64,000 nt of DNA from Candidatus Omnitrophota bacterium (GTDB taxonomy: Bacteria; Omnitrophota; Gorgyraeia; S143-82), in assembly GCA_015494585.1 (NCBI GenBank), contig WGAY01000036.1, positions 9,462 to 73,461 on the forward strand. Reading direction: 5' to 3'. This document shows positions 11,357-20,226 of this stretch, piece after piece (position 1 is the stretch's first letter; every line of letters begins with the position of its first letter). A program made the translations under genes and the position numbers. The notes under the pieces were generated by a model, which did not search any database, was not told the DNA's origin, and saw nothing but the letters and a program-made list of their open reading frames with translations.

Positions 11357-12082
11357 TTAAGGAAATCGCCTTTTAAAGGATGGGATAACATGGTAGCTTA
11401 GGAAATCTTCTAAAAGGCCGTTTAACAAAAGAGAATCTTTTTTTGAAAAAACCACCTTTACTGCTTTATCCAGTGGCATCTTCTCTATTGTCTTGATAGA
11501 CATAACCATCCCAGCAGACAATCTGGTTGCACCTGGATCCCTATCCTTGCAACTCTGACACAACAAACCACCTTGACTATGGCTAAACCATGCTTGCTTT
11601 ATATCCCTTTTCAAACAGGCGACACAACCATCTAGATAGGGTCTGAATCCTACTAGATCAAGGAGTTTTATTTCAAAGACACGAGATAAGATAGGTCTTG
11701 GAATACGACCTACTAGTTCCAGACAACTCAGAAGCATCTCAAACAGGGCACTATTTGTCTGTCCAATAGGAGAAACCAAGTCAACCAGACGCATAAGACT
11801 GCCTGCTGCCTTATAGTCCTCTGGCCTAACTGCCCCAATGTAGGAACGAATTAAATCACATTTGGAAACAAGGTGCAGAGACGACACCCTGGAGGGATAA
11901 AAAAACACTTCATTCAGTGTGAATATGTCAACAGAGGATCCAAACTTTTTGGGGTCTTTCCTTATCCCTTTCAATATACCGCTGAACTTGCCCACGTCCG
12001 GGGAATAAAATACCGCTACAATGGAGGTCTCTCTTATTGGATATCTTCGAAGGACCAAGCCAACTGTCTTCTTAACTGCCAT
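11357..12082 (-). CDS. recO: DNA repair protein RecO
   Basis: N-terminal OB-fold sequence (GLVLRRYPIRETSIVAVFYSPDVGKFSGILKG) and a C-terminal Cys4 zinc motif (CVAC...CQSC). Confidence 0.85.
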   Translation of the reverse strand: MAVKKTVGLVLRRYPIRETSIVAVFYSPDVGKFSGILKGIRKDPKKFGSSVDIFTLNEVFFYPSRVSSLHLVSKCDLIRSYIGAVRPEDYKAAGSLMRLVDLVSPIGQTNSALFEMLLSCLELVGRIPRPILSRVFEIKLLDLVGFRPYLDGCVACLKRDIKQAWFSHSQGGLLCQSCKDRDPGATRLSAGMVMSIKTIEKMPLDKAVKVVFSKKDSLLLNGLLEDFLSYHVIPSFKRRFP

Positions 12083-13124
12083 CCTCTGGGAAAATCCCTT
12101 TTTTAAACTGCTCTACTATCTTTTCTATATAGACGCGGCGTTCAACAGAACTTGGGTGGGTAGCCCAGAAATCCTTTATCATACTCTCAGGCACCTCTAC
12201 CGCAAACCTCTCCCATATATCTTTCCCCACTTCTATATCATAACCCGCACGATATGCAAAATACAGCCCCCAGTAATCGGCCTGTCTCTCTAGATCTCTG
12301 GAAAATCCACTTTGGATAGCACCTGTTCCCATGTTGGCTATCTCTCCTCCCACTCCAGGCAGGACTTCATCTAATTTGGCCCCGATAACCGCTCCTAAAA
12401 GCCCTGTTATCAGGTTTACCCCTCCCCCTTTGGAATGATGCGACAGCAGGATATGGGCAAGCTCATGTCCAAGAACAACCGCCAACTCATCATCTGATTG
12501 AATAAAGCGCATCATCCCGTATGTAACAATTACTGCCTTGGGCGTTGCCATCGAGTTTATCTGGGCATCAGAAGACATATAAAAATCTACCTCTACAGGC
12601 CTCCAGTCTAAACGAACCACTCGCTTATACTCTCTGCCCTTCCAAAGAGTTAGTTCCACAAAGCTATTAGGTAAAAAATAATCCAATGCTCGTTTAAAGG
12701 CATCATAGCTGCTGACAGAATATCCCCCTACTGCCAATAACATACTGCCAGGTATTATATCGATATTCTCAGCAGAACTGCCCTCTACTGTAGCACAGAC
12801 TATAGGAAACCGATCATCAGGAAGATCATAGGCTATGCGCATCTGTTCACTATTGTCCGATATTATAAGGCCTATATATGGAAAGTTGCCTCTATAAAAG
12901 CGCTTTGGCAAGGCCTTGACAAGCCTGTATCCTACGCTTGCAACTCGCCTCCATAGAGAAACCCTATACCGTACCGCCCTGGCTGCAAGGTCTCTTTGAT
13001 AAAGGCGCACCTCTTCTTCACTGGCCTTTGGCCCCTCATAGACGCATCCTGAAAGGACAAAGGCAATACCAATGGTTAGAGAAAATAGGCCCAATTTGTA
13101 TCTTCTATAGTAAAAGCATCCCAT
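12072..13124 (-). CDS. M48-family zinc metallopeptidase lipoprotein
   Basis: Lipobox (LSGC), an HEXXH motif (VVLGHELAHILLSHH) and a downstream E (ERQADYWG) typical of M48 peptidases. Confidence 0.8.
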   Translation of the reverse strand: MGCFYYRRYKLGLFSLTIGIAFVLSGCVYEGPKASEEEVRLYQRDLAARAVRYRVSLWRRVASVGYRLVKALPKRFYRGNFPYIGLIISDNSEQMRIAYDLPDDRFPIVCATVEGSSAENIDIIPGSMLLAVGGYSVSSYDAFKRALDYFLPNSFVELTLWKGREYKRVVRLDWRPVEVDFYMSSDAQINSMATPKAVIVTYGMMRFIQSDDELAVVLGHELAHILLSHHSKGGGVNLITGLLGAVIGAKLDEVLPGVGGEIANMGTGAIQSGFSRDLERQADYWGLYFAYRAGYDIEVGKDIWERFAVEVPESMIKDFWATHPSSVERRVYIEKIVEQFKKGIFPEDGS

Positions 13125-13444
13125 AAGACATCCTCAATTTCCCTGTCCCCTACATCTACGACTGAAAAATGGTAACACATATTATCCGGCAGCCGTTTCT
13201 CTTTAATAAAGAATAAGGCGGTTTTGATTATAGTTTCTTTCTTTTTTTGTGTTATGCTCTCAAATGCCCTGGCAAAACTACCCTTCCCCCTATGCCTGAC
13301 CTCTATAAAGTATATATCTCTCTTTCCCCTTTGGGCGATTATATCTATCTCTCCACCCCTTATACGATAATTCCTTCCGAGTATACGGAATCTGTTGGTC
13401 TCTAGAAATCGCACTGCTATGTCTTCGTACTGCTTGCCTACCAC
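13076..13444 (-). CDS. yraN: YraN/UPF0102 family endonuclease
   Basis: GRNYRIRGGEIDIIAQ...YFIEVRHRG motif. The rnhB-yraN adjacency is classic. Confidence 0.85.
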   Translation of the reverse strand: MVGKQYEDIAVRFLETNRFRILGRNYRIRGGEIDIIAQRGKRDIYFIEVRHRGKGSFARAFESITQKKKETIIKTALFFIKEKRLPDNMCYHFSVVDVGDREIEDVLWDAFTIEDTNWAYFL

Positions 13445-14070
13445 AATGTAATCTGAGAAACAGGTTCGTAACTGCGTCTATGTACCCTAGAAGGGCCTAA
13501 TCTATTTATTATCCTTATATGCTCTGCAGTCGCATAACCCTTGTGACGAGAAAAACCATATTCTGGATACAGGACATCTAACCCTCTCATAATCCCGTCC
13601 CTGACTACCTTGGCTAATATAGATGCGCAAGAGATCTCAGGAACCAGTATATCTCCCTTTACTACCGATTGACAACATCCTGATAGATCAGAAGGCAGAT
13701 CTATACTATCCTTACCATCTATTAACACCTCAAACCAATCATCTAGTTGCTTATACTTCTCCAAAAACCTATCCAGGGACCTGGACATTCCCAACAATGT
13801 AGCACGCCTTATATTTAATCTATCAATGGTATATACATCCACTATCTCTACTGCCCAATATACGTTTTCAACTATGTACCTAAATGCACGAAGGCGTTGA
13901 GAATTATTAAGCCTTTTGGAATCTGTAATCTTTATATCCTCTGGAAAGTCAAACCCTTCGGGTAGGGCCACAGACGCACATACCAATGGACCTGCCAATG
14001 GTCCTCTGCCCGCCTCATCAATTCCTATAATCAAGCCTGCTCCTTTACTAGATAAACTCGGATTATCCAT
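13438..14070 (-). CDS. rnhB: Ribonuclease HII (the true start is possibly TTG at 14034)
   Basis: GIDEAGRGPLAGPLV active-site motif. The first 12 codons (MDNPS...) derive from the repeat element. An AAAGGAG Shine-Dalgarno sits 5 nt before an in-frame TTG, giving MIIGIDEAGRG. Confidence 0.9.
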   Translation of the reverse strand: MDNPSLSSKGAGLIIGIDEAGRGPLAGPLVCASVALPEGFDFPEDIKITDSKRLNNSQRLRAFRYIVENVYWAVEIVDVYTIDRLNIRRATLLGMSRSLDRFLEKYKQLDDWFEVLIDGKDSIDLPSDLSGCCQSVVKGDILVPEISCASILAKVVRDGIMRGLDVLYPEYGFSRHKGYATAEHIRIINRLGPSRVHRRSYEPVSQITLW

Positions 14071-14412
14071 TAGAATTCTTTATCTTCCATCGCCCTGTTA
14101 ATCAAACCTCTCTTCCCTCATCCAAATATAACTCAAATCTAAAATCTCAAAAGTCAAATCCACAGCTTAAAACCTTAAATCTTTTTATTTTATCCCTTTT
14201 TCCATTACCCCTTTATCGTCGGCCAAGCTTCCAGTTCCTGCGCAACACCTTTCTCCCTGTAGATCTACCTGCCCTGTGTAAATTAAAATCAGCAATCAGC
14301 TTTTACTTTTGAGTTGTGGTTTTTAGTTTTGCGTTTTGAGTTTTTAGTTATTTTAATTTGTCCCACAACGAGTTCCACTATATTACAAATTCCTATTGCA
14401 TAATTTGGGAGT
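14056..14412 (-). repeat. Copy A of the roughly 300 bp repeated intergenic leader-like element
   Basis: Near-identical to copy B over more than 100 nt (TCTTCCATCG...CCAAATATAACTCAAATCTAAAATCTCAAAAGTCAAATCCACA). It contains the inverted motif TTTTGAGTTGTGGTTTTTAG. Confidence 0.65.
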
Positions 14413-14420
14413 ATCCTTTA

Positions 14421-15362
14421 TCAAGTCCCTAGATTTATTTTCACATAATATCTCTTCTTTAATTCCTGAACAAATTCATCCAGACGCTTTTCAAATTTCT
14501 TATTATAGATATAGTTATAAACCATCTCTCGCGCCTCACCAAGGCTCTTAGGACAATTCTTTCTTTTATCCTCAATCCTGAAAAGGATATATCCCGTCGA
14601 GACGCGTACAGGCAAGGGATACATCTCCACATCCGGCTTAAACAAGACCTCGGCTATTTCCTTAGATAAGTCCTTACGGGATTTCCATCCAGAGACCTGT
14701 CCCTTCCCATACTTTGCAGTGAGGTCTTTCCAAGTAAGACTTCCCTGCTTTAGTTTTATGTATTCATCCATTACCGCCGAATCAAAGGCCATCTCAGAAT
14801 CATCTTTAAACATACTGCGAGGGATAAAGATAGAGTCTAGTTTTACCATAGTAACAACACAGAAGTCTTTTTTATGTCTCTTATATTCCTTCTCAACCTC
14901 AATAGGGTTAATATATATACGTGAACGGACATATTTGGAAACAACCTTGCGGACCATAAGTTGTCTCTCTATCAAGTCATAAAGTTCCTGAAGTGTAAGA
15001 TGGGACTCTTTGAGAGAATCGATAAAGTCCTCTTCGGTGTTATATCTGGATTTTATCTGTTCTATACGCCTTTCAACGGCATCTGCAGGGACAGTTATAT
15101 CGTCTTCCTTGGCCTTCAAATATAGTAATTTTTCCTCTATAAGTCTCTCAAGGGCCCTCTTTTTTATTTCACCTTCATTCAAATCCTTATCAGTCAACTC
15201 TAACCTTTTAACAGGATTATACTGCCACAGACGAACCATCTTATCCAATTCAGACTCTGTGATAACCTCATCCCCCACTACTGCCAGGATCCTGTCAGCG
15301 AAAGCAGGAGCTGTAAAACAGAATAATAATACAAAAATAAGTCCAAACCATCTATGCTTCAT
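14421..15362 (-). CDS. SurA-like periplasmic chaperone / PpiC-type peptidyl-prolyl isomerase
   Basis: Signal peptide, a SurA N-domain-like segment (DRILAVVGDEVITESELDK) and a C-terminal parvulin-like region (PVRVSTGYILFRIEDK). Confidence 0.7.
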   Translation of the reverse strand: MKHRWFGLIFVLLFCFTAPAFADRILAVVGDEVITESELDKMVRLWQYNPVKRLELTDKDLNEGEIKKRALERLIEEKLLYLKAKEDDITVPADAVERRIEQIKSRYNTEEDFIDSLKESHLTLQELYDLIERQLMVRKVVSKYVRSRIYINPIEVEKEYKRHKKDFCVVTMVKLDSIFIPRSMFKDDSEMAFDSAVMDEYIKLKQGSLTWKDLTAKYGKGQVSGWKSRKDLSKEIAEVLFKPDVEMYPLPVRVSTGYILFRIEDKRKNCPKSLGEAREMVYNYIYNKKFEKRLDEFVQELKKRYYVKINLGT

Positions 15363-16005
15363 CTTTCCACCCCTGTTCTCCTACAAGCGGAACAAAGACA
15401 CACCGCATCTTGGAACCTATCTTTATCCGATTTTTTTCATCCTTTTGCACAACTAGCAGATCCTGGCTATACCTATCTCCAACTGGGATAACCATCTTCC
15501 CACTCCTCTTAAGCTGCCCTATCAGAGATGGTGGGACATTAGGAGCTGCCGCCGTTACGATTATTTTATCATAAGGAGTTTCATCTTCCCATCCTAGACT
15601 ACCGTCTCCAAGTCTAAAATAGATATTCCTATAGCCTAACTCATTGAGTATCTTTTTTGCCCTCTCCAAAAGCCCTGGTATCCTCTCAACCGTATATACC
15701 TGCCCGGACAGCCGTGCCAGGATGGCTGTTTGATAACCAGAACCAGTACCGATTTCTAATACCTTATCATCCTTCTTGAGATCCAGAAGTTGGGTCATTA
15801 CCGCTACCACATAAGGCTGGGAAATGGTCTGCCCAAAACCAATACTAACAGGGCCATCTTCATAGGCATATTTCTGCAATCCTTTAGGGACAAACTGTTC
15901 CCTTGGTACATTTAGAAATGCATCCAAGACCAAATCATCTGTTATCCCTCTGGCAATCAGTTGTTCTTCAACCATCCTTTTGCGAAGGATGGAAAACCTA
16001 TCCAA
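15352..16005 (-). CDS. pcm: Protein-L-isoaspartate O-methyltransferase
   Basis: VLEIGTGSGYQTAILARL SAM-binding motif and PCMT family layout. Confidence 0.9.
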   Translation of the reverse strand: MDRFSILRKRMVEEQLIARGITDDLVLDAFLNVPREQFVPKGLQKYAYEDGPVSIGFGQTISQPYVVAVMTQLLDLKKDDKVLEIGTGSGYQTAILARLSGQVYTVERIPGLLERAKKILNELGYRNIYFRLGDGSLGWEDETPYDKIIVTAAAPNVPPSLIGQLKRSGKMVIPVGDRYSQDLLVVQKDEKNRIKIGSKMRCVFVPLVGEQGWKDEA

Positions 16006-17131
16006 GCCTTGCCTCCTTATAAATCTCTGCCTCTGTCCAGTCTATAGCCCTTCTTATGTCTTCCATCCCTTCAACTGGCCAGGGAGAGTGCCTATCCACA
16101 AGCCTATAGTTTATATCCATAATATCCAGAAACCCGATCGTACCATTCAGAAAGAGATCTCCAAGGATATCGTTTGCAGTATTAAACACTGCAAGTGTAG
16201 ATCCTCCTTTTTTCATTGCCAAGATAGCCGTATCCAGAGAAGAAAATGTATCTCTATCCGGGTGGTAAAAGTCCCAGGAAAAAGCATTGTCCAGACCCGC
16301 AAAAGATAGTTCAGGATTTTCCCACCTCTCAGGGAAAGAAAGGGCATATTGTATGGGCAGGCGCATATCTGTTATACCTGCCTGAATGAAGACAGAACCG
16401 TCGATAAGCTCCACCATAGAGTGGCTGTGGGCCTGGGGATGGACGAGCACTGATATCTTATCTATATCAAAACCGAATAAAGCCCGTGCCTCTATCATCT
16501 CAAGGGCCTTGTTCATAAGAGTTGCTGAATCAAGACTGACCTTTTTGCCCATCTGCCAGCGTGGATGTCTTAATGCCATCTCCGGAGTAACGTCTCTTAA
16601 AAAATCCCTGCCTTTCCCAAAGAAAGGCCCGCCAGAACAGGTGAGGACTACTCTCTTTACATCAGAAATCCTATCGGGTATAATCTGCCATATCGCTGAC
16701 TGCTCGCTATCTATAGGCAATATATTTCTCCCCACAGCAGGCATCAATAAATCCAGGCCCATCACCAGACACTCCTTATTCGCCATAGCAATGGGCAAAT
16801 TCATATCCAGAATAGAAAAAAACAACTCGATCACTCCTCCCCCAGGAATAGCAAACACGACTATATCAGGAGGATAATCCCTCAAGGCATCCAGTAGTGC
16901 AGTCTGGCCGTGGAAGAATCTAGTTTTACCGACCCTATTAATGGAAGGAGATTTGCCAAACAATACTGCCCACCGACATGAAGGAAACCTATTCACAATC
17001 TCCTTCAAGGCCTCTTCTTGAACATAGGCGCTTACCCCAATCAGTTCAAGCCGATCAGGGAATCTCTTTATTATATCAAGTGTCGAGGTACCTATAGAAC
17101 CAGTAGCGCCTAGTAAAACAATTCGCTTCAT
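15998..17131 (-). CDS. dxr: 1-deoxy-D-xylulose 5-phosphate reductoisomerase
   Basis: MKRIVLLGATGSIGTSTLDII N-terminus, ...LANKE..., overall Dxr layout. Confidence 0.95.
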   Translation of the reverse strand: MKRIVLLGATGSIGTSTLDIIKRFPDRLELIGVSAYVQEEALKEIVNRFPSCRWAVLFGKSPSINRVGKTRFFHGQTALLDALRDYPPDIVVFAIPGGGVIELFFSILDMNLPIAMANKECLVMGLDLLMPAVGRNILPIDSEQSAIWQIIPDRISDVKRVVLTCSGGPFFGKGRDFLRDVTPEMALRHPRWQMGKKVSLDSATLMNKALEMIEARALFGFDIDKISVLVHPQAHSHSMVELIDGSVFIQAGITDMRLPIQYALSFPERWENPELSFAGLDNAFSWDFYHPDRDTFSSLDTAILAMKKGGSTLAVFNTANDILGDLFLNGTIGFLDIMDINYRLVDRHSPWPVEGMEDIRRAIDWTEAEIYKEARLG

Positions 17132-17150
17132 ATCAATCTGGATTCAATCT

Positions 17151-18005
17151 CTACATAACCAATATACGCGTTACATAGAAGTACACAATGGGTGAGGTAA
17201 AAAGCAAGCTGTCCAATAGGTCAAGGACACCCCCCATCCCAGGAAAGAGATTCCCAGAATCCTTGACATAACAATCACGCTTTATAAGGGACTCGGATAT
17301 ATCCCCCAACTGTCCAAATGTACCGATTAATCCCCCAAGCACTAAGGCATCAAATGGTGTAATAAACGGGATAAACAGACTAAAGACCTCCACGGCAATT
17401 ATAGCTGAAAGGAATCCCGCCCAGAATCCCTCCCAGGTCTTATTCGGACTTACCCTGGGCATAAACGGCCGGCGCCCAAATGACTTTCCAATAAGATAGG
17501 CCATAATATCACAGGCCTTCGTAGCAACTATTGTCATCGCCGAGAGTGCTACGCCCTCTGGAAGAAGCCTTAATCTGAGTAGGAAGGTAATCGTCCAAGA
17601 AATATAAAATATGCCAAACATACTTACAGCTATCCCCGCTGTCGCACCCTCATTTGCCCTTCTCCTTATCTGTAGCATAAATAAGGCAATAAGACCTGCT
17701 ATCACCAAAAATAGCTGCCAATCGCGATTCAGTTCAAAACCGTAATACAGAGACATAGGTATAAATGCAGCTACGGATAGGCCCAGATAATAGAAAGGAA
17801 ATATCCCCTTATTTTCTACCATTTTATAGAACTCGTGGACACCCAATACAGAAAGTACGGTAATTACGGCCATAAATATAAACTTAATAGAGATAAGTAA
17901 TGCAATTGCAACGAACCAGGTCACACTTATTAAGGTTCTTTTTTTCAGTTCAGACACCACCATATCTCCTTTTTCTATTGGAAAACTCTGCCAAGGCCTT
18001 GTCAA
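17151..18005 (-). CDS. cdsA: Phosphatidate cytidylyltransferase
   Basis: Polytopic membrane protein with the CTP_transf_1 signature (SxxKRxxxxKDxxxxxPGHGGxxDRxD-like: KTWEGF...IKRDCYVKDSGNLFPGMGGVLD). Confidence 0.9.
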   Translation of the reverse strand: MTRPWQSFPIEKGDMVVSELKKRTLISVTWFVAIALLISIKFIFMAVITVLSVLGVHEFYKMVENKGIFPFYYLGLSVAAFIPMSLYYGFELNRDWQLFLVIAGLIALFMLQIRRRANEGATAGIAVSMFGIFYISWTITFLLRLRLLPEGVALSAMTIVATKACDIMAYLIGKSFGRRPFMPRVSPNKTWEGFWAGFLSAIIAVEVFSLFIPFITPFDALVLGGLIGTFGQLGDISESLIKRDCYVKDSGNLFPGMGGVLDLLDSLLFTSPIVYFYVTRILVM

Positions 18006-18633
18006 ATTCTGTCTCTGAAAAATCAGGCCAGAGAATATCTGTAAAGTAAAACTCAGAGTAAGATGCCTGCCACAACAAAAAATTGCTCAAGCGCATCTCT
18101 CCACTGGTCCTTATAATCAAATCAGGATCTGGAATCCCTGCTGTATACAGATAAGAAGAAAATAGATCCTCTGTTATGTCTCCTTCCTTTAGCCTATCCC
18201 TGACAATGGCCCTAACTGCATTAACTAGCTCCTGCCTGGCACCATAATTAAAGCATATCTGCAGGCTCAAACCATCCTCATCCGCCAAGAATTTCTCTGC
18301 TGTCTCTATAGCCCTAACCAGATTAGTCGGTAGACCTTTTCTTTCACCGATGACCCTAAGACGCACCCTATTTTCTTTGAGGTCATTTCTTCTGCTGTTA
18401 AGGTACCTCTCAAAGGCCGAAAATAAAAATCCTACTTCCTCCTTAGGCCTGCGCCAATTCTCAGTCGAAAAGGCGTAAAGGGTCAGGTATTTAATTCCCT
18501 TAGTAGGGGCATAACGCAATAACTCCTCTATACGCTTTATACCTTCTTTGTGCCCGTTTATACGAGGAAGGCCGCGGGAAACTGCCCAGCGGCCATTGCC
18601 ATCCATGATAATAGCTATATGCTTTGGCACCAT
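17950..18633 (-). CDS. uppS: Undecaprenyl pyrophosphate synthase
   Basis: HIAIIMDGNGRWA...ENW.RP motifs of cis-prenyltransferases. Confidence 0.95.
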   Translation of the reverse strand: MVPKHIAIIMDGNGRWAVSRGLPRINGHKEGIKRIEELLRYAPTKGIKYLTLYAFSTENWRRPKEEVGFLFSAFERYLNSRRNDLKENRVRLRVIGERKGLPTNLVRAIETAEKFLADEDGLSLQICFNYGARQELVNAVRAIVRDRLKEGDITEDLFSSYLYTAGIPDPDLIIRTSGEMRLSNFLLWQASYSEFYFTDILWPDFSETEFDKALAEFSNRKRRYGGV

Positions 18634-18648
18634 AATATAAGAGAAAAA

Positions 18649-20226
18649 TCACGAATGCACAAGGGGATTAATATCTGGAAAGATGTTATTCTTTTCTTCT
18701 AAACGACTCAGAAATTCAATATCTATGCTTCCCGACTTAATATCTTCATAGAGACGGTTGAAATTATCAAGGTGCTGTTTGGTTCGTTTTACGGCATATT
18801 CTACATGTGTACCCGTATGCATTATAAAGGCCCAATCCGAACTCTGGGCAAGCAAGAGCTCTCGCAAGGCCTGCTTTAATGCCCGCTTTACATTTCCTTC
18901 AGCATAACCATAGGTGTTAACTAGCTCGGTCATACGCTCTGATGCCTTATGCAGGTGCTTGTATATCCAATCATTTGTTCCATCCAGCCAGACCTCACAA
19001 TATCCCTTCCATCCCCAGCTGGAGAAGGAAGGTGTAACCACCTGATTGCGCGGATACTCAGCGAGGTACTCCGACGGTGTAACAGTCTTTATTGTCTTCT
19101 GGTCGTAGTGAATCTTCTTGAATAAAAACTCAAGCCATAGCGGGCCTTCAAACCACCAGTGTCCAAATAATTCCGCATCATAAGGGGCAACTATTATCGG
19201 CTTCCTATCCATAAGCGAGGCCAGGTACTCTACCTGTTTTTCACGGTTAAACATGAAGTTACCTGCGTGCTCGGCTGCCCTGTGCATAGCCATATCCGGA
19301 TCATAAGGTTCCTTATGGTCGGTTTTTCCTGTTATTCTGTAGTACTTTATACCGGTATGCATCCTTAATCCAGTGGGCTGTATATACGGTCTTATATAGT
19401 CAAAATCAAGATCATATCCAATGTCTCTATAAAAATCGCGATACCAGTAATCTCCAGGATATCCCTCAACTGCAGACCAGACCTGTTTGGAAGACTCCAT
19501 ATCCCGACCAAAGGCAGCTACTCCATTTTTTGTATAAACAGGTGCATAGACCCCATACTTTGGTCTAGGCGTGCCATGAAGAATACCGTGTGATTCAACA
19601 AAGAAAAAGCGAATACCATTGTCTCTCAAAATCTCATCGTGCCCAGGTCTGTATCCACACTCAGGTAGCCATATGCCTTTAGGTTGTCGACCAAATACAC
19701 GCTTGTGTAGATCAACCGCAACAGCGACCTGGGCCCGTACAGAAGGCAGAGTAGTTTCCATCAATGGAAAAAACCCATGTGTAGCACCACAGGTGACTAT
19801 TTCCAAATAGCCTTTATCCTGATACTCCTTAAATGCATTTACAATATTTTTGCCATACTCAAAAAATGTATCCCGTGCCTCACAAAATCTATTCAAATAC
19901 ATAATTGCTAGTCGCTGAAACTCTGGCTGCCACCTAGTACGCTCCACCTCTTTATGAGAAAGCTCTATCAATTGTTCTAATCTCTTGAGGTATTTATCCT
20001 GGAGATGACTATCCATAAGCATAGAGATCAAAGGTGGAGTCATAGACATAGTAAGCCTGAAGTGAACCCCCTCCCTTTCAAGACGCTTAAACATCCAAAT
20101 AAGCGGGATATAGGTCTCAGAGATTGCCTCGAATAACCACTGTTCCTCTAGATAAAAATCATACTCTGGATGGCGTACATAGGGAAGATGTGCATGCAAC
20201 ATAAGACATAAATATCCTAGGGCCAT
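18649..20226 (-). CDS. GH57-family glycoside hydrolase (1,4-alpha-glucan branching enzyme-like)
   Basis: LHAHLPYVRHPEYDF...EEQWLFEAISETYIPL N-terminal GH57 signature. Confidence 0.8.
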   Translation of the reverse strand: MALGYLCLMLHAHLPYVRHPEYDFYLEEQWLFEAISETYIPLIWMFKRLEREGVHFRLTMSMTPPLISMLMDSHLQDKYLKRLEQLIELSHKEVERTRWQPEFQRLAIMYLNRFCEARDTFFEYGKNIVNAFKEYQDKGYLEIVTCGATHGFFPLMETTLPSVRAQVAVAVDLHKRVFGRQPKGIWLPECGYRPGHDEILRDNGIRFFFVESHGILHGTPRPKYGVYAPVYTKNGVAAFGRDMESSKQVWSAVEGYPGDYWYRDFYRDIGYDLDFDYIRPYIQPTGLRMHTGIKYYRITGKTDHKEPYDPDMAMHRAAEHAGNFMFNREKQVEYLASLMDRKPIIVAPYDAELFGHWWFEGPLWLEFLFKKIHYDQKTIKTVTPSEYLAEYPRNQVVTPSFSSWGWKGYCEVWLDGTNDWIYKHLHKASERMTELVNTYGYAEGNVKRALKQALRELLLAQSSDWAFIMHTGTHVEYAVKRTKQHLDNFNRLYEDIKSGSIDIEFLSRLEEKNNIFPDINPLVHS

